From: Microbulbifer sp.
GTDB lineage: Bacteria > Pseudomonadota > Gammaproteobacteria > Pseudomonadales > Cellvibrionaceae
Assembly: GCF_036563125.1 (NCBI RefSeq)
Contig: NZ_DATCMV010000179.1
Location: 1,418 to 65,417, forward strand
Direction of reading: 5' to 3'
Length of the DNA stretch: 64,000 nt
Part shown: in pieces, positions 27,221-35,095 of the stretch
How positions within the stretch are numbered: the first letter of the stretch is position 1
How the letters are laid out: each line of letters begins with the position of its first letter
The notes under the pieces: generated by a model
Database searches by the model: none
What the model saw: only the letters and a program-made list of their open reading frames with translations
Told to the model about the DNA's origin: nothing
Translations under genes and position numbers: made by a program

Positions 27221-30200
27221 GCGGCCTATGTACAAAAAGCGGCTCTGCCTGCCCGTGAATACCCTAAGCCTGGTGACTGTGGCCTCTGCCGCATTGTTGC
27301 TCAGTGCCTGTGCCAGCAACAGTGGCAATACCATCGGCAGCCTGCAGAAGGTCGATATCAAGATTCAGGAAACCCACATCGATGGCAGCCTGGAAAAAGC
27401 GCTGGCGAGTTACCAAAAATACCTGCAGGAAACCCCGGAAACCGCACTCACCCCGGAAGCCATCCGGCGTATCGCCGACCTGAAAATCAAGCAGGCGCAC
27501 CGTGCGGAAGAGGGCATACTGCCGCGCAACACCGAAACCCGCATTCTGTCGGACGCGGATGTCGCGGCGGCAAATCAGCTCGCGAGCAAAAAGACAACGG
27601 CGGCGCGCGCCGACCTGGATGCACCGCAAGTTACCGGTATAGTCGCCAGCGCGAACACTTCTGAAGCTGCTCTTGGCAGCGTTGCGAATTCCAACGCAGA
27701 GAGCCAGTCCGACTTCGAGTCCCGCGCCAGTGGCGCTGTGGACCTGAGCGGGTTGGAGAGTGGTGCCGATGCTGGCGATAATCCTGACGCACTGCTCGCT
27801 GCCAACGCGCGCGAAGCCATCGAGCTGTATAAAAAACTGCTGGTGCAGTATCCGCAGTACGAGCGCAATGACCAGGTCATGTACCAGCTCTCCCGGGCCT
27901 ACGAGGAGACCGGCGAGATAGAAGAGGCCGTCGTGGTCCTGCGCCAGCTGGTAGCCAAGTACCCCGCGTCCCGCCATCTGGACGAGTCCTATTTTCGCCT
28001 CGGTGAATACTACTTCACCCGCAAGAAGTATCTCGATGCGGAAGAGTCCTATGGCCGTGTTGTCGACATGGGAGAGGGCTCAAGTTTCTACGAACTGGCG
28101 GTCTATAAACGTGGCTGGGCACTGTTCAAGCAGGATATGTACGAGATGGCGCTCGACGATTTCGTGCGCATGCTCGATTACAAGGTGGACCAGGGCTACG
28201 ATTTCGAACAGCAGACCAACGAGACCGAACGCAAGCATATCGAGGATACTTTCCGCGTTATCAGCCTGAGCTTCTCCTATCTCGGTGGTGCGGAATCCAT
28301 TGTGGAATACTTTACCCAGAAGGGTGCGCGGGACTATGAGTCCTACGTGTACAGTCACCTGGGTGAGTACTATCTCGACAAGCGCCGCTATCAGGATGCC
28401 GCGGAGTCCTACAACGCCTTTGTGGCGCGCAACCCGCTGCACAAGGTAGCTCCCGACTTCTCCATCCGCGTAATCGAAATCTACCAGAAGGGCGGGTTCC
28501 CGCGGCTGGTGCTGGATGCCAAAAAAGCCTTCGCCAATACCTACGCCCTCGATGCGCAGTACTGGACCGTGTTCGATATTCAGGAATACTCCACCGTGGT
28601 GGAATTCCTGCAGACCAACCTGATCGACCTGGCCAGCCACTACCACGCCGCTTACCAGAACGTGAAGCCCAAGGATGAAGAGTTCGCCAAGAAGCGGAGC
28701 GAAAATTACCTCGAGGCCATTCACTGGTACCGCCGTTATCTCGGCTCTTTTGCGGATAAACCCAAGGCGCCGGAAATCAACTACCAGCTCGCCGGCCTGA
28801 TGCTGGAAAACAAGGATTTCCTCAATGCCGCAGTCGAGTACGAGCGCACTGCGTACAATTACCGAGGTCACGCCACCAACGAAAATGCCAGCGAGGCGGG
28901 GTACGCTGCGGTATTCGCCTACCGCGAACACCTGAAAATCGACCTTGCCAATGGTCGTACCGCGGAGAAGACAGCGGTACAGAAGGAAATTATCCGTTCG
29001 TCCCTCACCTTTGCGGAAACCTTCCCGCAGCACAGCAAGGCCCCGCAGATCCTGCTGGGTGCCGTGGACGATCTGTACAAACTGAAGAGTTACCCGGAGG
29101 CCATCCAGAATGGCCGCATGTTGCTGGAGAAGTTCCCGGCGGCGGACCAGCAGATCATTCGCTCCGCGTGGATTCTTGTGGCCCACGCCTCGTTTGACAC
29201 CGAGCTCTATGCCGATGCCGAAACCGGCTATCGCCAGGCACTGAATCTGACCGCGGTCGATGCCAAGGACCGCCCCGATCTGGTAGACAACCTGGCCGGT
29301 GCCATTTACCAACAGGGCGACCAGGCGCGCAAAGCCGAAGACCATCTGGCTGCTGCGGAGCATTTCCTGCGTATCCGCAATGCCGCCCCCGGTGCGAGTA
29401 TTCTTGCCACTGCCGAGTACGACGCTGCGGCGTCCCTGATCCAATTGGAAAACTGGGCTCGTGCGGCCGATGTGCTAAAGGCTTTCCGCAGCAATCACCC
29501 GCAGCACGAGCTACAAAAGGAAGTCACCAAAAAGCTTGCGGTGGTATACCAGGAGAGCGGCCAACTGTTGCTGGCTGCGGCCGAGTTCGAGCGTATCGAG
29601 CGCGAATCGGAAGACGACGATGTGCGGCGCGAAGCGCTCACCCAGGCCGCGGATCTGTACAGCGCAGCCAAGAGTTACGACAAGGCGCTGGCGGCCCTCA
29701 ATCGCTATGTCCAGTTGTTCCCGCGCCCCATGGAGCCCGCATTGGAGACTCGGCAGAAAATTGCTGATATCTACCTCAACAGTGGCAACCAGAAGGCCTA
29801 CTTCAATACCCTGGATGAGATGGTGCGTATCGAGCTGCGTGGCGGCAACGAGCGCAATGACCGCACTCGCTACCTCGCGGGTAATGCCGCGCTCAAGCTG
29901 GCCGAGCCCAAGTTCGAGTCATTTGCGGAAATCGCCCTGGTCGCGCCATTGGAGCAAAATCTGAATACCAAGCGCACCCGCATGCAGGCCGCTACCAGCG
30001 CATTTACCGACCTGATCGATTATCAGGTGGCCGACGTCACTGCCGCGGCGACTTACTACCTTGGTGAGATCTATCTCCACTTCAGCCAAGCCCTGAAGGA
30101 ATCCGAACGCCCGACCAACCTCGACGCGGTGGAATTGGAGGATTACGAGCTGGCGTTGGAAGAGCAGATCTATCCGTTCGAAGAGCGCGCCATCTCCGTA

Positions 30201-30515
30201 CATGAGAAAAACATCAGTCTGATGGTCGCGGGCATTTACAACAACTGGGTGGCGAAGAGTATCGACCAGCTCGCGGGTCTGGTGCCCGCAAGATATGAGC
30301 GCCCGGAGGATGCCGACAATATCGTCATGACCATAGTGCCGGTACCGCAAACCCCGGATGAGTCGATCCCAGCACAACAGGTGGTGGAGCAGCAGGTGCC
30401 GGAAAGCATCGCTCCTGCGCCCGCAGAGTCCAGCAGTGAGCCAGCAGGGCAACCTGAGTCGCAAGCGCCGGAAACCATCATTGCTGAAAATGAATCCGAG
30501 GAGGACCAGGGGTGA
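27213..30515 (+). CDS. Large TPR lipoprotein, about 1100 aa (GltD/AgmU-like)
   Basis: Lipobox LLLSAC; numerous TPRs (DQVMYQLSRAYE, FRLGEYYF, YK.GWALFK, YYLGEIY); start overlaps the upstream stop. Confidence 0.75.
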   Translation: MNKRPMYKKRLCLPVNTLSLVTVASAALLLSACASNSGNTIGSLQKVDIKIQETHIDGSLEKALASYQKYLQETPETALTPEAIRRIADLKIKQAHRAEEGILPRNTETRILSDADVAAANQLASKKTTAARADLDAPQVTGIVASANTSEAALGSVANSNAESQSDFESRASGAVDLSGLESGADAGDNPDALLAANAREAIELYKKLLVQYPQYERNDQVMYQLSRAYEETGEIEEAVVVLRQLVAKYPASRHLDESYFRLGEYYFTRKKYLDAEESYGRVVDMGEGSSFYELAVYKRGWALFKQDMYEMALDDFVRMLDYKVDQGYDFEQQTNETERKHIEDTFRVISLSFSYLGGAESIVEYFTQKGARDYESYVYSHLGEYYLDKRRYQDAAESYNAFVARNPLHKVAPDFSIRVIEIYQKGGFPRLVLDAKKAFANTYALDAQYWTVFDIQEYSTVVEFLQTNLIDLASHYHAAYQNVKPKDEEFAKKRSENYLEAIHWYRRYLGSFADKPKAPEINYQLAGLMLENKDFLNAAVEYERTAYNYRGHATNENASEAGYAAVFAYREHLKIDLANGRTAEKTAVQKEIIRSSLTFAETFPQHSKAPQILLGAVDDLYKLKSYPEAIQNGRMLLEKFPAADQQIIRSAWILVAHASFDTELYADAETGYRQALNLTAVDAKDRPDLVDNLAGAIYQQGDQARKAEDHLAAAEHFLRIRNAAPGASILATAEYDAAASLIQLENWARAADVLKAFRSNHPQHELQKEVTKKLAVVYQESGQLLLAAAEFERIERESEDDDVRREALTQAADLYSAAKSYDKALAALNRYVQLFPRPMEPALETRQKIADIYLNSGNQKAYFNTLDEMVRIELRGGNERNDRTRYLAGNAALKLAEPKFESFAEIALVAPLEQNLNTKRTRMQAATSAFTDLIDYQVADVTAAATYYLGEIYLHFSQALKESERPTNLDAVELEDYELALEEQIYPFEERAISVHEKNISLMVAGIYNNWVAKSIDQLAGLVPARYERPEDADNIVMTIVPVPQTPDESIPAQQVVEQQVPESIAPAPAESSSEPAGQPESQAPETIIAENESEEDQG

Positions 30516-31111
30516 TGAACCATATCCTCACTCGCGGAAATCTACTGCGTGTATCTGTCGGTGCGCTATTGCTGTTGCTTGGCGCCTGTGCCAGTGGTCC
30601 GCAAACTTCAAACCGTCCGGTCGACCCCATGAGCGTAAAAGTTTCTGGCAGTGTCAACCGCGACTTCCTGCAGGCAGTGGAATACCTGCAGGGCGAACGA
30701 TACCCGGAAGCCGTCGAGTTGCTGTTGAGCGTAGTCGAGCGCGAACAGCGCCTTTCTGCGCCCTACGTCAATCTCGGTATCGCCTATTACAAAACTGGCG
30801 ATGAAAAGCACGCAGAGGAAGCTTTCCTGCAGGCGCTGCGTGCGGCGCCCCTGGATCCGGTAGCCAGCAACGAACTCGCTGTTCTCTACCGCCGCCAGGG
30901 CCGTTTCGATGAAGCCAAAAAGACCTACGCGGAATCGCTACGACTGCACCCAGAAAATCTGCCACTGATCAAAAATCTGGGTATCCTGTGCGACCTCTAC
31001 CTTCAGGATGTGAATTGTGCACTCGCACAATTCGAACAGTACCTGAAATATCAACCTGAAGATGCCAAGGTTGCCATCTGGGTAACGGACCTCAAACGGA
31101 GAGCCAACTGA
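30515..31111 (+). CDS. Small TPR lipoprotein (GltE/AglT-like)
   Basis: Lipobox LLLGAC; PYVNLGIAYY, NELAVLYRRQGRFDEA, NLGILCDLYL; TGATG coupling. Confidence 0.75.
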   Translation: MNHILTRGNLLRVSVGALLLLLGACASGPQTSNRPVDPMSVKVSGSVNRDFLQAVEYLQGERYPEAVELLLSVVEREQRLSAPYVNLGIAYYKTGDEKHAEEAFLQALRAAPLDPVASNELAVLYRRQGRFDEAKKTYAESLRLHPENLPLIKNLGILCDLYLQDVNCALAQFEQYLKYQPEDAKVAIWVTDLKRRAN

Positions 31112-31419
31112 TGGGCGGTAAAAAGCAAAAGCTGGCAATGCTTGCGTTGTTGATGACGGCAGCAACGGCTATCGCACAGGATGATCAGAAGGACGGTGAG
31201 GCCAAGGTCGACAAGGAAGTGAAGGAGCTCTCCGGCATTTCGATTATTGGCAACAAAGAAGCGCCAAAATCACTTTACATCGTTCCGTGGAAAAGCTCGG
31301 AAGTAGGGGTGGAAAGCGGTCTCAACTCCAGCCTGCTGGACCCGAGGCTGCAGCCACTGGATAAGGAAGTCTTTTCAAGGGAGCTTGAGTTCTACCAGCT
31401 CAGCCTCACCGAAGATTAA
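31111..31419 (+). CDS. Small secreted protein (GltF/CglF-like position)
   Basis: Signal peptide; LSGISIIGNKEAPKSLYIVPWK motif; TGATG coupling with the upstream gene. Confidence 0.6.
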   Translation: MGGKKQKLAMLALLMTAATAIAQDDQKDGEAKVDKEVKELSGISIIGNKEAPKSLYIVPWKSSEVGVESGLNSSLLDPRLQPLDKEVFSRELEFYQLSLTED

Positions 31420-31509
31420 TTTAATTTTTAACCAAAAAACGACCGCTAAGGTCAAAACCAGGCAAAGCGGAAAAAGCCGCGGACCCGAGAAAGAAAACCA
31501 AGAGGGCAA

Positions 31510-32292
31510 ATGATGGATTTCTTGAACAGCGTAATCGCGTTTTTTCAGACTGGTGGTGCATTTATGTACCCCATTCTGGTGGTATTCGCGCTCGGTGCTG
31601 CGGTAGCGATCGAACGCTATATCCGCCTCGTCTACGAGCGCCACACCAACCGTGCCGCCTGGGAAAAGCTGCAGCCGGTGCTCAACACTGGCGACTTTGA
31701 CCGCGCGCGTAATCTCGTCAAGGACGACAACACCGGTGTGGGCCGCCTGCTCGCCATGGGTCTCGAGCGTCAGGGCGCCGTACGTCGTCGCGAGGACATC
31801 GAAATCGCGATGGAAGAAAGCATCATGGAGACCATTCCACAACTGGAGAAGCGCACCCCCTACGTGGCACTCGGCTCCAACATCGCTACCCTTCTCGGTC
31901 TGCTCGGTACCATCATGGGCCTTATTGAAGCCTTTACCGCGGTAGCCAACGCCAACCCAGCGGAAAAAGCCGACCTGCTTTCCGCCAGTATCTCTGTGGC
32001 TATGAACACTACCGCTTTCGGCCTGATGGTGGGTATTGCGCTGTTGATCGTACATGCACTGCTCAACTCCCTCACCGGCCAGATCGTCGACAGTCTGGAA
32101 ATGGTGTCCGTCAAGGCGCTCAACATCATGTCTTCCGGTACCCGTCGCCGCAGCGACGCAGCACAGGATGAGCAAACCACCGTAGCGGAAAAGCCCGTAA
32201 ACCGCGATGTGCAGCAGACTCAGCAGGCACAGAAGAAGGCGGATTCTGTGGCAGCTGGCACCGATAAAAATTCCAAACCGGAAACTGTGTAA
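31510..32292 (+). CDS. MotA/TolQ/ExbB proton-channel protein (AglR-like)
   Basis: GGAFMYPI; ATLLGLLGTIMGLIEAF; ISVAMNTTAFGLMVGI. Confidence 0.9.
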   Translation: MMDFLNSVIAFFQTGGAFMYPILVVFALGAAVAIERYIRLVYERHTNRAAWEKLQPVLNTGDFDRARNLVKDDNTGVGRLLAMGLERQGAVRRREDIEIAMEESIMETIPQLEKRTPYVALGSNIATLLGLLGTIMGLIEAFTAVANANPAEKADLLSASISVAMNTTAFGLMVGIALLIVHALLNSLTGQIVDSLEMVSVKALNIMSSGTRRRSDAAQDEQTTVAEKPVNRDVQQTQQAQKKADSVAAGTDKNSKPETV

Positions 32293-32882
32293 TGAGAAAC
32301 AGGCGTCACAGCAGATCCAAAGAAGCGCCGGAGCTGGACATCACCGCCTTCCTCAATCTGATGGTGGTCCTGGTGCCATTCCTGCTGGTATCCGCAGTGT
32401 TTTCCCGGGTGACCATTCTCGAGCTCAATATGCCCACTGGAGCCGGTGGTGGAGCGGACGATCCTGGTGTGACACTGGAAGTTGTAGTGCGCAAAGACGT
32501 GCTGGAGATCAGTGACGGCAGCAAAGTCGTGGCGCGCTTCCCCAACCTGAATCGGGAAGAAGGCGACGAAGTTGCTGAGGCGCAAACTGAAGTACCGCTC
32601 GACGAATACGGAAAGCCTATTATCCCGCCGACGGCGGAGGTGTACGACCTGGCGCAGCTGCGCGAGTACCTGATCCGGATCAAGCAGACTTACCCGGACA
32701 AATCCGACTCCACATTGCTGATGGAGCCGGAGGTGGCCTACGAGCACTTGGTAGGCGTGATGGATACTGTGCGTAGCGCCAATGTCATGCCGACGCCGGA
32801 AGAGGGGGCTGTGCTGGAGCCGGATGCAAAGCCTGAAACAATGGAACTCTTTCCCGATATTTCCCTGGGAGACGCGCCGTGA
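32292..32882 (+). CDS. ExbD/TolR-family protein 1 (AglQ-like), with Asn in place of the TM Asp
   Basis: ELDITAFLNLMVVLVPFLL TM segment; periplasmic ExbD domain ...YEHLVGVMDTVR...LFPDISL. Confidence 0.85.
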   Translation: MRNRRHSRSKEAPELDITAFLNLMVVLVPFLLVSAVFSRVTILELNMPTGAGGGADDPGVTLEVVVRKDVLEISDGSKVVARFPNLNREEGDEVAEAQTEVPLDEYGKPIIPPTAEVYDLAQLREYLIRIKQTYPDKSDSTLLMEPEVAYEHLVGVMDTVRSANVMPTPEEGAVLEPDAKPETMELFPDISLGDAP

Positions 32883-33454
32883 AACGTGAAAGCAGACGCA
32901 TGAAGCGCATGGCGCGCAGCCGCAAGCGCAAGACGCCAGGCATGAACCTCACATCGCTGATGGATGTGTTCACCATCCTGGTGTTCTTCCTGCTGACCAA
33001 CAGTTCCAGCAACGAAGCCATTGAGGCGCCGAAGGTCATCACCCTGCCGGACTCCATCGTTGAATCCAAGCCGCGGGAAACCGTCACCCTGATGGTCACC
33101 CATGATGAGGTGCTGATCGAGGCCAAACCGGTGATGACCACCGAGGAGCTTTTCCAGAGTGAAGAGCTGGTAATCGAGGCCATTCAGCAGGCGATGATCC
33201 AGGAAGTGGGCAAGGCCATGACCATAGCTGGCGAAGAGCTGGAGGAGGCCAAGGCTGCGCTGGCAGAGCGTGCCGCCGCAGGTGAGGACGTCACTGCGGA
33301 AGCTGCGGAACTGCTGGAGGAACCGCCGGAAGTGAATATCCTCGCGGACCGCGGTGTTCCGTTCAGCGTGCTGAAAAAGGTCATGTCCAGCTGTACCAAT
33401 GCCGGATATACACGCATTTCCCTGGCGGTCATTCAAAAAGCATCTCAGAGTTAG
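32879..33454 (+). CDS. ExbD/TolR-family protein 2 (AglS-like)
   Basis: MNLTSLMDVFTILVFFLL with the conserved Asp; ILADRGVPFSVLKKVM.SC..AGYT.ISLAV. Confidence 0.88.
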   Translation: MKRESRRMKRMARSRKRKTPGMNLTSLMDVFTILVFFLLTNSSSNEAIEAPKVITLPDSIVESKPRETVTLMVTHDEVLIEAKPVMTTEELFQSEELVIEAIQQAMIQEVGKAMTIAGEELEEAKAALAERAAAGEDVTAEAAELLEEPPEVNILADRGVPFSVLKKVMSSCTNAGYTRISLAVIQKASQS

Positions 33455-33463
33455 TGAGCGTTT

Positions 33464-34837
33464 GTGAATAATTTTCATCAACAAAAACAGGCACTGACAG
33501 CGAAGCAGGAAGTGGTTCGCCAGCAGTTGGCCGCGCTCGAAAGCGAGTACGGTCAGGTTGATGGCAAGCTGGATGCGCTGCGTCGGGATGAGGCCAAGCA
33601 CCAGTTGCTGGACGAAATTTCCGATCGCCTCGGTAAGCTCGAAGAGGCCGGTGCCGGCGATCTGTTCTGGGCGGAGCATTACAGACAGGATGCCTCAAAA
33701 GCGCTGATTCACCGCCTGCAGAAAACCGTCAGTATCTATAACGCCAATCTCGATCTGTTGCACGAGCGCAAGCGCAAGCTGCAGGATCAGATGGAAGACT
33801 GCCGCGATGATCTGTTCGATCTGGATGCAGAGTTCCGGGAGATTCGCCAGGCAGAAGAGGATGTTCACTACGAGTACGAAGTCTCGCGCGAGCTGGGTGC
33901 TTCCGCTTTCCGTGACGCAATCATGCCGTGGAATCGTGGCGAAGACGATCGCCGATTCCGCATCAGTGTGCTGCTGTGCTTGCTGCTGGCCTTCTTCCTC
34001 GGCTTTGGTATCCATGTATGGCAGCTGCCTGAGCCGGATGCTGACGAGGTGGTAGAGGTGCCCGAGCGCCTGGCAAAGCTAGTACTGGCGAAAAAACTCA
34101 AGCCCAAGCCGCCTGAGCCGGTAGCGCAGAAGCCCGAGGAGAAAAAGAAAGAGCCTGAGAAGCCCAAGCAGGAAGTCGCCAAGCAGGAGGCCAAGGCTTC
34201 GAATGAGAAAAAATCCCAGGTGCGCGAGAAGGTGGAGCGTACCGGTGTTCTGGCGTTCAAGGACAATTTCCAGGATCTGATTCAGGACGATCTGGATAAC
34301 CGCCTAGGCCCGCAGACACAGCTGAGTACCGCTGGTAAGCAGGAAAGTCGCAGTCAGCGCTCACTTATCGCGTCGGCGGCAAAATCCGGCTCCGATGGTA
34401 TAAACACCGCAGCGCTCAGCCGTAACGCTGGTGGAGTGGGTACCGCCCTGGATGGTGTGAGCTTCTCGCGGGTGTCCAGTGGAATCGGTACCGAGGGCGA
34501 CTTCGCTGGTGAAGACCGGCCGCTCAGCGATGGTATGGGCCCTTCCCGTACCGACGAGGAGATCCAGATTGTGTTCGACCGCTACAAGTCGGCGCTCTAC
34601 CGGATTTACAATCGCGAACTGCGCAACAATCCGGCGCTGCAGGGCAAGATGGTGCTGCGTATTACCATCAAGCCTGATGGCTCCGTATCACTGGCCAAGG
34701 TTGAGAGCAGTGATATGGATTCTCCGGCGCTCAATGCACAGATCATAGAGCGGGTGGAGCGGTTCAACTTTGGCGAGAAGGCCGGGGTGCCGACCATCAC
34801 TATCCTGTATCCGATCGATTTCTTGCCAGCCGCGTAA
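33464..34837 (+). CDS. TonB-like protein with AgmX/PglI-type C-terminal domain (GltG-like) and an N-terminal cytoplasmic coiled coil
   Basis: About 150 aa heptad-rich N-terminus; single TM helix; Pro/Lys/Glu-rich linker; C-terminal RTDEEIQIVFDRYK..LYRIYNRELR.NP.LQGK.V...I.PDG.V...F.P (TonB_C-like). Start codon uncertain. Confidence 0.8.
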   Translation: MNNFHQQKQALTAKQEVVRQQLAALESEYGQVDGKLDALRRDEAKHQLLDEISDRLGKLEEAGAGDLFWAEHYRQDASKALIHRLQKTVSIYNANLDLLHERKRKLQDQMEDCRDDLFDLDAEFREIRQAEEDVHYEYEVSRELGASAFRDAIMPWNRGEDDRRFRISVLLCLLLAFFLGFGIHVWQLPEPDADEVVEVPERLAKLVLAKKLKPKPPEPVAQKPEEKKKEPEKPKQEVAKQEAKASNEKKSQVREKVERTGVLAFKDNFQDLIQDDLDNRLGPQTQLSTAGKQESRSQRSLIASAAKSGSDGINTAALSRNAGGVGTALDGVSFSRVSSGIGTEGDFAGEDRPLSDGMGPSRTDEEIQIVFDRYKSALYRIYNRELRNNPALQGKMVLRITIKPDGSVSLAKVESSDMDSPALNAQIIERVERFNFGEKAGVPTITILYPIDFLPAA

Positions 34838-34852
34838 CCGGCGCAAGTAAAA

Positions 34853-34890
34853 GCAACCGCTCGGGCATTAGCCCGGGCGGTTGCGCTTTT
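34853..34890 (+). terminator. Rho-independent terminator ending the motor operon
   Basis: GCAACCGCTCGGGC-ATTA-GCCCGGGCGGTTGC followed by GCTTTT. Confidence 0.8.
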
Positions 34891-34964
34891 CTTAAGAAAT
34901 TACCTTAACTTTGCCTGAGAACCGTTTGGCAAAGCTCAAAAAGTTCCATCCCTGACGCAGTTAT

Positions 34965-34980
34965 TTTGAATTGCTTCACG
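34965..34980. promoter_or_regulatory. Weaker CRP/Vfr-type site upstream of the giant adhesin
   Basis: TTTGA-attgct-TCACG, 8/10 to the consensus, 115 nt before the likely start. Confidence 0.35.
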
Positions 34981-35095
34981 GCCCTGTTCCCTTCATATCG
35001 TTAGAGTCGCATCACCGGGCAGTGTGTGTACGGTTTAGGTGCTCAAGAGCTTCGTATCCGGAGCTTTAAACCCGAATTGCGGCAGAAAACTAACA

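Noticed and set aside
26045-29444. Other long antisense ORFs (for example 26045-27361, 28080-29444, also 47773-48933, 49459-50898, 51494-53329, 57938-59284, 61593-63185)
   Set aside because: All lie opposite confidently identified genes and read as typical shadow ORFs.
31510-34837. Ordinary ExbB-ExbD-TonB or Tol-Pal system
   Set aside because: Two ExbD paralogues, upstream TPR lipoproteins, an AgmX/PglI-type C-terminus, and no tolB, pal or adjacent TonB-dependent receptor.
34925-34962. GGCAAAG...TGACGCAG upstream of the adhesin, reminiscent of a c-di-GMP-I riboswitch
   Set aside because: No P2 stem or GNRA tetraloop between the motifs and no GCAAAG/C continuation; an Infernal scan with the c-di-GMP-I model would settle it.
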